A DNA stretch of 64,000 nt, from NCBI GenBank assembly GCA_044226015.1, contig JBGAHS010000003.1, positions 768,001-832,000 of the forward strand. The letters are read 5' to 3'. This DNA is from Candidatus Obscuribacteraceae bacterium (GTDB lineage Bacteria > Cyanobacteriota > Vampirovibrionia > Obscuribacterales > Obscuribacteraceae). The position numbers and the translations under genes were made by a program. The stretch's first letter is position 1. The number at the start of each line of letters is the position of its first letter. Shown here piece after piece: positions 10,136 through 19,418 of the stretch. Below the pieces are notes generated by a model that worked only from the letters and a program-made list of their open reading frames with translations, searched no databases and was not told where the DNA came from.

Positions 10136-10594
10136 CTACGACCAGCGACGCACCATGAAGAAACTGGTGCCTCTGTCGCTGTGCCTCGTTTTCACGGCGA
10201 TGCCGCGAGACTGCATTGTCCGAATCGATTCGGCGATGACCGCATCGGACGGAACGCAATCGGTGAAGGCGACCGATTCGAGCTGCGCGACATGTCGGGC
10301 GCAATGCTCATTGTGGCTTTGTTCGAGCCAATTGGCGAACTCCACCGCAGAGACCCGAGCACTCGGTTTGGAACCGGTGCGGGCGAAGCCGATGACGTTC
10401 TGCATCACTCTTCTGTCCGCCCCATGCAACGCCGCAACACGCGGGTCATACGGGACAGGAAGCTGATTCCGAACGAGTCGGAACTTCGCCTCGAAAGCGC
10501 GACGGCGCTTCAACCCGCTCTCAAAAACCGCAGGACGAAACCCAGGGTTGTCGACGGCGAGATATATTCCAGAAGTGATGGCTCCTGAGTTCAT
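10136..10594 (-). CDS. Hypothetical protein (paralog of 9659-10057)
   Basis: GGAG RBS; shared motifs with the downstream ORF. Confidence 0.7.
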   Translation of the reverse strand: MNSGAITSGIYLAVDNPGFRPAVFESGLKRRRAFEAKFRLVRNQLPVPYDPRVAALHGADRRVMQNVIGFARTGSKPSARVSAVEFANWLEQSHNEHCARHVAQLESVAFTDCVPSDAVIAESIRTMQSRGIAVKTRHSDRGTSFFMVRRWS

Positions 10595-10615
10595 TCCGTT
10601 CTCCGTTTAAAAGCC

Positions 10616-10673
10616 AAAAAAAAATAGGGTGCTGGAGCCCAATGCAGCGAACTGCATCAGAACTCCAGCACCC
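10616..10673 (-). terminator. Intrinsic terminator after M4 protease
   Basis: 11-bp GGGTGCTGGAG/CTCCAGCACCC stem plus inner stem, then a 9-U tract on the minus strand. Confidence 0.8.
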
Positions 10674-10705
10674 ACGAACTCAGTTACTCAGTCCGGAAGC
10701 GGAAC

Positions 10706-11728
10706 TTACGACTTCGACGGAACGACGCCGACCGCGTCCCAGGCCTTCTTCAGCGACGACTCGAGCGAGCCGAAGCCGAGCGGACCGCAGGCCGCGATGG
10801 TGTCGTGGGCGAACTTGGCGAAGTCCGGCTTCGAACCCGACGTGGCGCGAGCCGCGTACCAGATCTTGCCGGCCTTCTCCCAGGCGTAGCCGCCGACATC
10901 CGTGGCGAACAGCGCGAACGCGCGGTTCGGAATGCCGGAGTTGTAGTGGACGCCGCCGTTGTCGTCCCAGGTCTTGACGAAGTCCTTCATGTGCGCCGGC
11001 TGCGGGTCACGGCCGAGCTTCGGGTCGTTGTAGGCCGTGCCGGGCTTCATCATGTTGCGGATGCCTTCGCCCTTGATGCCGGGAACGAAGATGCCGCGAC
11101 CGAGCACCCAGTCGATCTGGTCGACCGTCTGCTTCTTCGAGTAGGCCTCGATGAGCTTGCCGAACACGTCCGAGTGGCTCTCGTTGAGGGCGCCGGACTG
11201 GTAGGAGTACTCGAGGTTCGACTCGAACTCGGTGACGCCGTGCGTGATCTCGTGACCGCACACGTCGAGGATGACGAACGACGAGAAGATCGTGCCGTCA
11301 CCGTCGCCGTAGGTCATCTGGGAGCCGTCCCAGTAGGCGTTGTCGTAGTCCTGGTCGTAGTGGACGGTCGAAACGAGCGCCATGCCCTTGTTGTCGATCG
11401 AGTTGCGGCCGTGGACGTTCGTGTAGAAGTCGCGCACGAAGCCGGTGAAGTCGTAGGCCTTGTTCACGACCTCGTCCTTCGTCGGAGCATCGCCCTCGAA
11501 ACGAGCCTTCACGCCGGGACGGCTGGTGCCGTTCTGCGCGTCGTAGACCTGGCGAGCGGAGTCGCCGGTGACACGGGGACGGATGCGCGAGCGGAACAGA
11601 CCCTGGGTCTTGGCGAGGGTGTTCAGCGCGGACAGGTTGTTGGCATCGCGGCTCGCGATCTGCAGCAGCAGGTGCGAAGGAACGATACCGGTGAGACGGC
11701 GAACGCCATTGGTGGGAAGCTGAGACAT
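10706..11728 (-). CDS. Protealysin-like M4 family zinc metallopeptidase
   Basis: Motifs NAYWDG, HEITH, GALNESHSD, GGVHYNSG; short propeptide with IVPSHLL (PPL-like); no signal peptide. Confidence 0.92.
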   Translation of the reverse strand: MSQLPTNGVRRLTGIVPSHLLLQIASRDANNLSALNTLAKTQGLFRSRIRPRVTGDSARQVYDAQNGTSRPGVKARFEGDAPTKDEVVNKAYDFTGFVRDFYTNVHGRNSIDNKGMALVSTVHYDQDYDNAYWDGSQMTYGDGDGTIFSSFVILDVCGHEITHGVTEFESNLEYSYQSGALNESHSDVFGKLIEAYSKKQTVDQIDWVLGRGIFVPGIKGEGIRNMMKPGTAYNDPKLGRDPQPAHMKDFVKTWDDNGGVHYNSGIPNRAFALFATDVGGYAWEKAGKIWYAARATSGSKPDFAKFAHDTIAACGPLGFGSLESSLKKAWDAVGVVPSKS

Positions 11729-12283
11729 AGTTTTCAGTCCTTTCTTGTGACGAATTAACGTCGGGTTATGGAGAATTCATCAGACACACGCACACAAGAA
11801 CACCCAGGCTCGAGACATATACAGTTCCACTCGACCGAAATCGATAGAGGGAAAGAGCTAATTGCTGCTGCTGTATGTGTTGGTTGAGACCTGGGTGATT
11901 TGAAATGCGAAACTGATGACATCTAGAACTTCGTCGATCTGACCTGTCCAACACAAGGAAATACAGCGTGTTTTCCCCGCTCGGCACAGAAAGGTGCCTA
12001 GCGGGACTGAACTAGGGTTACCCTAGCTGCGCAAAGCACTAATAATCCCCGCTGCAGTACCGATTTCGGTGCATTAGTGTTCAGCTGGTCTCTGGAAAAC
12101 CTAGCAGACACTCACTGCTAACCTCACACTTTCTTTCATGTTAGCTACCGCAAGCATCGAATTTAGGAGACAGCTGGGCCAGAACCACCCTTCTGACACT
12201 TGATCACGGTTATTATTTCGCAACAGTATTGCAAAGCAATAAAGCATGGTCTGCGCTAAGATTTAGGCATCGTTGAGGTGCTT

Positions 12284-13099
12284 ATGTCCAAGATTTTCAT
12301 GGCAGTTCTGCTAGCGCTGCTTATCGCAGGTGGAGCCTATTGGTATTGGACGGGCACACCTCAGTACAGCATGCTGAAAATATTCGAAGCTGTAAAATCC
12401 CACGACCTGGAAAAATTCAGGACGTACTTCGACGTTGAAACGGTGGCTAGCCATGCAGTGGATGACCTTAGCTCTAGCTCTTCTAATACCCAAGATATTG
12501 GCGGACCTGGTCTGCTAGCTAGACTGCTAGGACGAACACTAGGTGGACTTCTTAAACCCGAGTTAAGTCACGCCCTTGCAAACAAGATCAACAACTACGT
12601 TGCTGGCGAAGCAAAGGACTCACAGCAGACAAAAGCCGAAAATAAGGGCAGCACGCAGTCAGAAGAGTCGAATTCAGAGAATGACAATGACGGCATTTCG
12701 CTTGCAATCAAAAGTAGCAAGGACGACGGGCAAACATCTGTCGATGTGCCTGGAATAGTTTCAATATCAACAAACCAGCAAGACAACTCTATTTCCGTAA
12801 AAAGCAAGAGCATCAAAGGGCTAGTCACAGGTTTCCTCCACAAAATTGGAGATGTTGTGAAATTCCCAAGCTTGCGGGACTTACTCCAGGAAATCGGACT
12901 TACAAGAGAAAGTTATCGCGGTCTTAGCGCGTTTCAAACAGATGGCGAGTTTTCGCATGTTTCTTTGCGCTTTCAGCCTGCCGACCGACCAGAAATTCTG
13001 GTTGAACTTGAGCTGCTAGAATCTGAGCACCACTGGCGAGTTGTCAGGTTTTCCAATTTAGCCCAGCTGTCAAAGACAGTGCCCGGATTTTATATTTAA
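12284..13099 (+). CDS. DUF2939-like membrane-anchored protein
   Basis: N-terminal TM followed by TPQYS..IFEAVKSHD...F..YFD; C-terminal WRVVRFSN. Confidence 0.7.
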   Translation: MSKIFMAVLLALLIAGGAYWYWTGTPQYSMLKIFEAVKSHDLEKFRTYFDVETVASHAVDDLSSSSSNTQDIGGPGLLARLLGRTLGGLLKPELSHALANKINNYVAGEAKDSQQTKAENKGSTQSEESNSENDNDGISLAIKSSKDDGQTSVDVPGIVSISTNQQDNSISVKSKSIKGLVTGFLHKIGDVVKFPSLRDLLQEIGLTRESYRGLSAFQTDGEFSHVSLRFQPADRPEILVELELLESEHHWRVVRFSNLAQLSKTVPGFYI

Positions 13100-13158
13100 C
13101 CCAAACAGCCCTGCATAGGGAATAATAGTCATAGAGCCCCGCATGCAGTTATTCTCTC

Positions 13159-13974
13159 TTGATTAGACTAGTAGAGCGTTTAATCTACCCCCTTTTCTTC
13201 GTGACCGTGGTCCTCGGTTTGGCGTATTGGTATTGGACGACAACTCCAACTTACGCGCTTTCTCAGATAGTTGCAGCCGTAAAAAACAAAGATTCAGAGA
13301 CTTTCGAAAAATACGTAGACATCGAGAGCATCGCTTTTCGCGCAATCGACGATGTACTCCATGGACCAGCGCGCGAGTCAGGCATGCTGGGAAACTTTGA
13401 CAGCATGATTGGCGTTGGTATTATCGGTATTTTTAAGCCTGAAATTGCAGAGATTGCAAAAACTCAGGTGCTGAAATTTATCGAAGCTGGCACACTCGTC
13501 AATGCGATAAACGAAGGAAAAAAGCAACTTAGCGGCAATGCCCCTGCGACGCAACCGGCACAGCTCGCGAGCAACCCACCACAACAGGCTGTGCTGCCTG
13601 TTTCGGATGATAAGCCGCCGGAAAGCTCTCCTGTTTCCGACTCAATAGTGGGTAAGTACACTAAAAAACTCAAGCTAAACAAACAACTCAAGGCTTACGG
13701 CATTTCCGCAAAGGGCTTCAAAGGCATCGATTATATAAAAACTGATGGACCAACAGCCCTGATTGGCTTCAAATTTCACAGCGAGCAATTCAATCGCAAC
13801 ATAATTATCGAACTTAAAATGGAAGAAGCTGGCGGCTATTGGAGAGTGACCGAGCTTTCCAATCTCAATGACTTGATCAACATTTATCTGGAAACAAAGG
13901 ATAAGCTTGAGTCGTCAGCCTTGCCACAGAATGTGATTTTGCAAATATCCAAGACTCAATATTTGATCGCTTAG
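13159..13974 (+). CDS. DUF2939-like membrane-anchored protein (tandem paralog)
   Basis: YWYWTTTPTYAL..AVKNKD..F.KYVD; C-terminal WRVTELSN. Confidence 0.7.
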   Translation: MIRLVERLIYPLFFVTVVLGLAYWYWTTTPTYALSQIVAAVKNKDSETFEKYVDIESIAFRAIDDVLHGPARESGMLGNFDSMIGVGIIGIFKPEIAEIAKTQVLKFIEAGTLVNAINEGKKQLSGNAPATQPAQLASNPPQQAVLPVSDDKPPESSPVSDSIVGKYTKKLKLNKQLKAYGISAKGFKGIDYIKTDGPTALIGFKFHSEQFNRNIIIELKMEEAGGYWRVTELSNLNDLINIYLETKDKLESSALPQNVILQISKTQYLIA

Positions 13975-13988
13975 TTTGATTCGATTCG

Positions 13989-16145
13989 CTAGCTATTCAA
14001 ATAAAACTTCTCGCGGTCAGAAGCTTTCTTGCGCAGAAGATCGCAGGGCTTATACCGAGAGCCTTCGACTTGGGCCAGGAGTTCAAGCTTATCACAAAGA
14101 GAACGGATTCCTTTGCTATCGGCATAGCGCAAAATACCTCCTTCAAACGGAGGAAAGCCAGTCCCGAAAATCAAAGCCAGGTCGAGCAGCGCCGGTTCTT
14201 CAACAATCTTTTCTTCAAGACATCTTACTGCTTCATTTAGCATAAGCAATACCAAACGATCCTGAATCTGCGACTTCTGAAGCTTTCGAACTGGTGCTTT
14301 GATACAAGCCTGAAAATCAGGGTTCACCGTAATTTTTAGCCGTCCCTTTCTTTTGGGATCGTCTTCGTAAACGTAAATTCCACGTCCTGATTTTTTTCCC
14401 AGGAGTTTCAAATCCTTAATCGATTTCATAACAACAGGCTCTGCAAGCCGCTCGCCGAGAGCCTCATACATAACATGTATAACTTTGCCTGCTATATCAA
14501 GCCCAACTTCATCAAGTAAAGCCATCGGACCCATAGGCATTCCAAAGGCTTTCATAGCCTTATCAATGTCTTCTACAGGTACACCTTCTTGAGCCAAAAT
14601 AGCGGCTTCACGCATGTACGGCGCCAGAATTCTATTAACAACAAAGCCTGGTGCATCCGCTGTCACCACGCAGGTCTTATCGAGTTCCATCGCGAAATTC
14701 ATCGCTAACGCTACAGTCTTATCATCAGTCTTTTGCCCACGTACTACTTCTACCAGAGGCATTTTGTGCACAGGATTGAAGAAGTGAATGCCCACCACAG
14801 ACGAAGGATTTTTTGCGGACTCTGCCATCTTATCGATGGAGAGAGAGGAGGTGTTTGAAGCAAAGACAAAAGATTTGCTGATTACCTTTTCAAGTTCCTG
14901 CAAGACCTGTCTTTTTGCATCAAGGTCTTCGATTACCGCTTCAATTACAAGATCGCAGTCTGCCAGCGGTGCATACTCTGTCGTAAAAACCATTTCCGAC
15001 ATGTGCTTGTCCATTTCGCTCTGCTGCATACGGTGTTTCTCAACCAACGAAGAAAACAATTTCTTGATAGTGTCACGTCCCTTCTCAACAAACTCAGGCT
15101 TCACGTCTTTGACGAACACCTTGAAACCAGCTTTAGCAGCGGCTTGCGCTATGCCTGCCCCCATAACCCCTGCGCCAAGCACGGCGACTGTTTTGATAGC
15201 ACCTTTTTCGATTTCAATTGGTACTTTTTTGCTTTCTTGCTGGGCAAAAAAGATGCCTACCAGATTTCGCGAAACATCTGTCATTGCTAGCTTAGCGAAG
15301 CCAGCCGACTCCATTTCGTAAACCTTGCTTGCCGGTTTCAGCGCAGACGCAATAATCACATCTAACGCTTCTTTTGGCGCCGGATATTTTCCTTTTGTTT
15401 GAGTCATAATGCCTTTCAAAGCCATGGTTTTAATTACGCTCAAACCATATTTATTTGTTTCCAAAATTTGTTTTTGCAGCTTTTGCTGAAACTTCAAAAC
15501 TGGCTGCGGCTTGACTGCGCCTTCACGAGCAATTTGCATCGCGCGAGCATCAAGATCCTTACTCTCAACGACATCAACAAGCAGTCCCAGTTTCTTAGCC
15601 TTTTCGGCGTTTATAACCTTGCCCCCGAGAATCAAATCCAGAGCCGTAGCAATTCCTAATAGCTTGGGCATGCGAACACAACCACCCCATCCAGGAATAA
15701 AGCCCAGCTTAATCTCTGGCAAGCCCATTTTTGCATTCCTAGAAGCTACTCGATACTTGCAAGACAGAGCGAGTTCCATGCCACCGCCCAGACAGACACC
15801 ATTGATAGCCGCAACGGTGTTAAAAGGCAAATTCTCAATTTTTTGAAAGAGCGCCTTTCCTAGCTGAGACGCGTGGTAAGCATCATCGATCGACTTCGTC
15901 TGAATAGACTGAATTTCCTTTACGTCGGCTCCTGCTATAAAACTATCGTCCTTGCCCGAAGCAATCACAAGTCCTTTTACATTAGAACTTGAGCGCACTT
16001 TTTCTATCAGCTCTTCCAACTCGGCCATAGATTCTGAGCCAAGAGTATTCACCTTTGAGTTGCGCATATCAATGCGTATACAAGCAATTCCGGAATCAAG
16101 AATATCCAGCTGCATGTGTTTTTCAACGTCTGTATGAGTGCTCAT
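13989..16145 (-). CDS. fadJ: Fatty acid oxidation complex alpha subunit (enoyl-CoA hydratase / 3-hydroxyacyl-CoA dehydrogenase)
   Basis: Motifs FIAGAD, CLGGGMELAL, GAGVMG, SNTSSL, GIHFFNP, GFVVNR. Confidence 0.9.
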   Translation of the reverse strand: MSTHTDVEKHMQLDILDSGIACIRIDMRNSKVNTLGSESMAELEELIEKVRSSSNVKGLVIASGKDDSFIAGADVKEIQSIQTKSIDDAYHASQLGKALFQKIENLPFNTVAAINGVCLGGGMELALSCKYRVASRNAKMGLPEIKLGFIPGWGGCVRMPKLLGIATALDLILGGKVINAEKAKKLGLLVDVVESKDLDARAMQIAREGAVKPQPVLKFQQKLQKQILETNKYGLSVIKTMALKGIMTQTKGKYPAPKEALDVIIASALKPASKVYEMESAGFAKLAMTDVSRNLVGIFFAQQESKKVPIEIEKGAIKTVAVLGAGVMGAGIAQAAAKAGFKVFVKDVKPEFVEKGRDTIKKLFSSLVEKHRMQQSEMDKHMSEMVFTTEYAPLADCDLVIEAVIEDLDAKRQVLQELEKVISKSFVFASNTSSLSIDKMAESAKNPSSVVGIHFFNPVHKMPLVEVVRGQKTDDKTVALAMNFAMELDKTCVVTADAPGFVVNRILAPYMREAAILAQEGVPVEDIDKAMKAFGMPMGPMALLDEVGLDIAGKVIHVMYEALGERLAEPVVMKSIKDLKLLGKKSGRGIYVYEDDPKRKGRLKITVNPDFQACIKAPVRKLQKSQIQDRLVLLMLNEAVRCLEEKIVEEPALLDLALIFGTGFPPFEGGILRYADSKGIRSLCDKLELLAQVEGSRYKPCDLLRKKASDREKFYLNS

Positions 16146-17407
16146 CAGTGCACCTCCAGCAAAGTCGCTATTCCCATACCGCCACCTATGCAGAGAGAGG
16201 CTATGCCTCTGCGCAGCTTACGCGCTTTCAACTCATGAGCCAGTGTCAAAATCAGCCTTGCACCAGACATTCCAATGGGGTGACCCAGCGCGATAGCACC
16301 ACCATTAACATTTACTCTCTCGCGATCAAGCGCCAGAAGTTTCTCGCAAGCGAGGTATTGAGCTGCAAAAGCTTCATTGATCTCGAAAAGATCAATATCG
16401 CGCAATCCCAAATTATTTCGCTCTAGCAAAGCACCAATTGCGAAAACCGGTCCCAACCCCATTTGATCGGGGTCCACACCAACAACAACACTGTCGACAA
16501 GCTCACACAAAGGCTCTGCACTAATTCTCTCGACACATTCCTCATTCGCCAGAGCGAGCACACAGGCACCATCATTGATACCAGAACTATTTCCTGCAGT
16601 AATATCTGTTGTTCGAGCTTCCGGTGGCTTCATACCAAGAAACTTAAGCGCAGTCTTATTGAGCTTCATGCCGCCTTTCAAACTCGCAAGTTTTTCAAGG
16701 GATGTCTCGCGAATGTGCTCATCTTGATCAAACAGTCCGCGACCTTTTACAACAATGCCTTCAATTTCTTTCTTGAATCGGCCATCATTGCGAGCCTTCG
16801 CGGCCAGCTGCTGGGAACGAAATGCATACGCATCTGCGTCTTGCCTGCTAATGCCGTAAGTGTCAGCCAAACGTTGCGCCGTAGCCGCCATGAAAGCTGT
16901 TCTCGTGTCAAAAACGGTGTCTCCTGGTACGAGTCCATCATCGGCAATAGCTCCAGTGACAAGCCGAGGCCCATATGGAAAGTATTGAGCCAGTGGTCCG
17001 GTATAACGTAGTTTAGCCGGAAGAAGGTAAGGCACTCCGGACATCGACTCAGCACCACCAGCCAGATAAAGATATCCGTTTCCCAGAGCGATTTCCTTCA
17101 TGGCAAGATTAACAGCTTCCATGCCAGATCCACATTGACGCTGAACTGTCATAGACGGAATGCTGGAAGGTAACCCTGCAGCAAGAGCCGCACAGCGAGC
17201 CGTGTTCGGAGCATAAGAAGACTGATACCCATGGCCAAGAATAAAGCCCTGTATCTCTTCTGTTGATACCTTAGCTCTTCTAAGACAGGCGTTTATGGCT
17301 TCTTGTGTAAGTGTCTGTACCGGAACACTGCGCAGCGATTTCTTGAAGCTGCCGATCGCCGTCCTTGCACCTGTCAGCAGCCACGACCTGTGCCGTTTCG
17401 ATGTCAT
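16145..17407 (-). CDS. fadA: Acetyl-CoA C-acyltransferase (thiolase)
   Basis: Motifs QCGSG, NEAFAAQ, NGGAIALGHPIG, CIGGGMG; stop overlaps the fadJ start. Confidence 0.9.
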   Translation of the reverse strand: MTSKRHRSWLLTGARTAIGSFKKSLRSVPVQTLTQEAINACLRRAKVSTEEIQGFILGHGYQSSYAPNTARCAALAAGLPSSIPSMTVQRQCGSGMEAVNLAMKEIALGNGYLYLAGGAESMSGVPYLLPAKLRYTGPLAQYFPYGPRLVTGAIADDGLVPGDTVFDTRTAFMAATAQRLADTYGISRQDADAYAFRSQQLAAKARNDGRFKKEIEGIVVKGRGLFDQDEHIRETSLEKLASLKGGMKLNKTALKFLGMKPPEARTTDITAGNSSGINDGACVLALANEECVERISAEPLCELVDSVVVGVDPDQMGLGPVFAIGALLERNNLGLRDIDLFEINEAFAAQYLACEKLLALDRERVNVNGGAIALGHPIGMSGARLILTLAHELKARKLRRGIASLCIGGGMGIATLLEVH

Positions 17408-17765
17408 AGCACCCCCATCCGCCCAAGCCTCAACACTCAATTTATAGCATCAAGCGAAACTTTCAGCCTTCACCCTGACAACAGCCCAAACAAATCTTAT
17501 GAAATGCATCTCATTACATCGGGAAAGACTTTTGTCTCCTGTCCCCCGGCTGCAGCACAGGCAGCACAGGCACCATATACGGTGCATAAGAAAGATCCTG
17601 TTTGCTAATAAATTTGCCGCAAGCAAAAGAGAGAAGTCGCTTAGAACAGCACAAGAAGCAAGAAATACACCCATTTAAACGTGAAAAAGGCGAAAAAGAT
17701 TCTGAGATTCGCACTTTAAACGACAAAAAGAAATTGGTAAAAGACGCAATTTGTTTTTAAAAGTC

Positions 17766-17820
17766 AAAAAGGAAAAAAAGACGCAGAGAGCGGGCGATGA
17801 ATTGCTTCATCACCCGCTCT
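17766..17820 (-). terminator. Intrinsic terminator of the patatin cassette
   Basis: AGAGCGGGYGATGAA long stem followed by minus-strand U tracts. Confidence 0.75.
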
Positions 17821-17833
17821 TGCGCTCATGCGA

Positions 17834-18049
17834 TCAGGACTCGTAGTCCTTCTCGCCAGCCCACTGGTACTCGCCGTTGATGACGAGATAGACGACCGCA
17901 GTGCCCTTTCCGGCGGGAAGTTCGACATCCCACTCGTACTTCTGATCGGCCTTCACGTCTTGCGAGAAGACCTCGACATCGTTGTAGAGCACCTTGACCG
18001 TCATATCTTCGTCCGGCTTCACACCGAGCTTCAAGATTTTCTTACTCAT
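17834..18049 (-). CDS. Small acidic beta-rich hypothetical protein (71 aa)
   Basis: AGGGAG RBS; strongly biased codons; directly downstream of patatin. Confidence 0.7.
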   Translation of the reverse strand: MSKKILKLGVKPDEDMTVKVLYNDVEVFSQDVKADQKYEWDVELPAGKGTAVVYLVINGEYQWAGEKDYES

Positions 18050-18082
18050 AGTTCTCCCTTTCTGAGAGTTTGAAGAGCGCGA

Positions 18083-19027
18083 CTAGAGCGCGCCCTTCGC
18101 CTTTGCCTCACGCAGAACATTCAGCGTGAGATTCGTAGAATCCTTGACCATCGCATCTTGCGTTTTGGTCGAGATGCCGAAGCTCATGCCGGCGACGCGA
18201 GGCGACTTCATGTCGACCACGAGATGGCCGGCAGAAGTATCGACCTCGTGACGCTGGTAGTGAGTCAGCCCGAGCATTTCACGAACGTGACCGATGAACT
18301 CGATGGGCGAAAGCAGTTCGTTCGGCATAGCAGAGGCGAACCCCAGCTTGCTGACCAGACCCTTGCCCTTGCAGAAGTCCACCGGGTTGCGGTGATACAT
18401 CGCGCCGTCGATCAGCAGCCCACGACCATCCGGGTTGACGACCGGACGGAAAGCCCCAGGCAGCGCGCAGCTAGCCGTGAGCGCGAGAGCCAGGTCATAG
18501 TCCCTGCCCTCGAAGAGCACAGGCTTGCGCTGAATCGCATCGAACGCAAGCACCTTGAGCTGCTCGGTCGGCTTGAGAGAAAGTTCCTTCACCATGTCGC
18601 GCATGGATTCGAGCAGGTCCGGATACCAGGCGGACAGACTCTGAACCGCAAGGCGCAGGTCGGTGAACTCACTCTCGTGAAACGCGGCTTCCTCGCCCGG
18701 TGCCCCGATGGAACGGAAAGCAGCAGCCAGAAGAGGGTGACGCGGACCCAGAAGCTTCGTGAGCAGAGTGAACGTGCTCATGTCAGCGGGAAATGCCCGG
18801 GCAGCCTGGGTCAGGCGGCTGCGAAGGCGTTCGGCGAAGATGACTCGGATTTCCTCAGGACTGTAACCGTTGCAGTGAAGCGCGGCGACCAGCGACCCGA
18901 CGGAAACTCCGAGGAGGGTGCTGAAGCTGACGTTTTCTTCGCGGCAGGCTTTGAGGAAACCGATGTGACAGAAGCCTTTGACGCCTCCACCACCGAGTAC
19001 ACCTTCCACTGTGAAGTGGTTGGTCAT
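18083..19027 (-). CDS. Patatin-like phospholipase
   Basis: Motifs GGGGVKG, GVSVG (GxSxG), ASCALPG, IDGA; GGAGA RBS before ATG 19027. Confidence 0.88.
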   Translation of the reverse strand: MTNHFTVEGVLGGGGVKGFCHIGFLKACREENVSFSTLLGVSVGSLVAALHCNGYSPEEIRVIFAERLRSRLTQAARAFPADMSTFTLLTKLLGPRHPLLAAAFRSIGAPGEEAAFHESEFTDLRLAVQSLSAWYPDLLESMRDMVKELSLKPTEQLKVLAFDAIQRKPVLFEGRDYDLALALTASCALPGAFRPVVNPDGRGLLIDGAMYHRNPVDFCKGKGLVSKLGFASAMPNELLSPIEFIGHVREMLGLTHYQRHEVDTSAGHLVVDMKSPRVAGMSFGISTKTQDAMVKDSTNLTLNVLREAKAKGAL

Positions 19028-19418
19028 TTGGAAGTCTCCATCAGTTGCGTGCAGAATTCCCGGCAGATCTGGTCGGCCTCGAACATGCACTAGCCTGGTG
19101 AATTGGTGTTCAAACTCCGAACTACTACCCTCCAGAGAAACTGGAAGTTAAAGAAGCGGGGAGAGAGTTCTGAGCAGAATTTGAACGCCAATTGCACCAG
19201 GGATGTGTGAAATAGAAAATGTGCCCTCACCCTACGTAAGCGCATAGGCGTGGAGGCAAGGGGCTAGTGTGGATACTACGAAGGCTCTGCGCGTAAATAT
19301 CTCACGCACTTGCGCAAGCACTGCGAACCAAGAGCCCACAGGGCGAGGCAGCAGCGCCCCAGATTAACCGCGCTTAACTTTGGTATCAGATACAGTGCTC
19401 TATCCTAGTTCGCGCGAT

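Noticed and set aside
10805..19093. Antisense ORFs 10805-11758 and 18158-19093 (likewise 60873-61841 and 62635-63555)
   Set aside because: Mirror frames of well-supported genes on the opposite strand.
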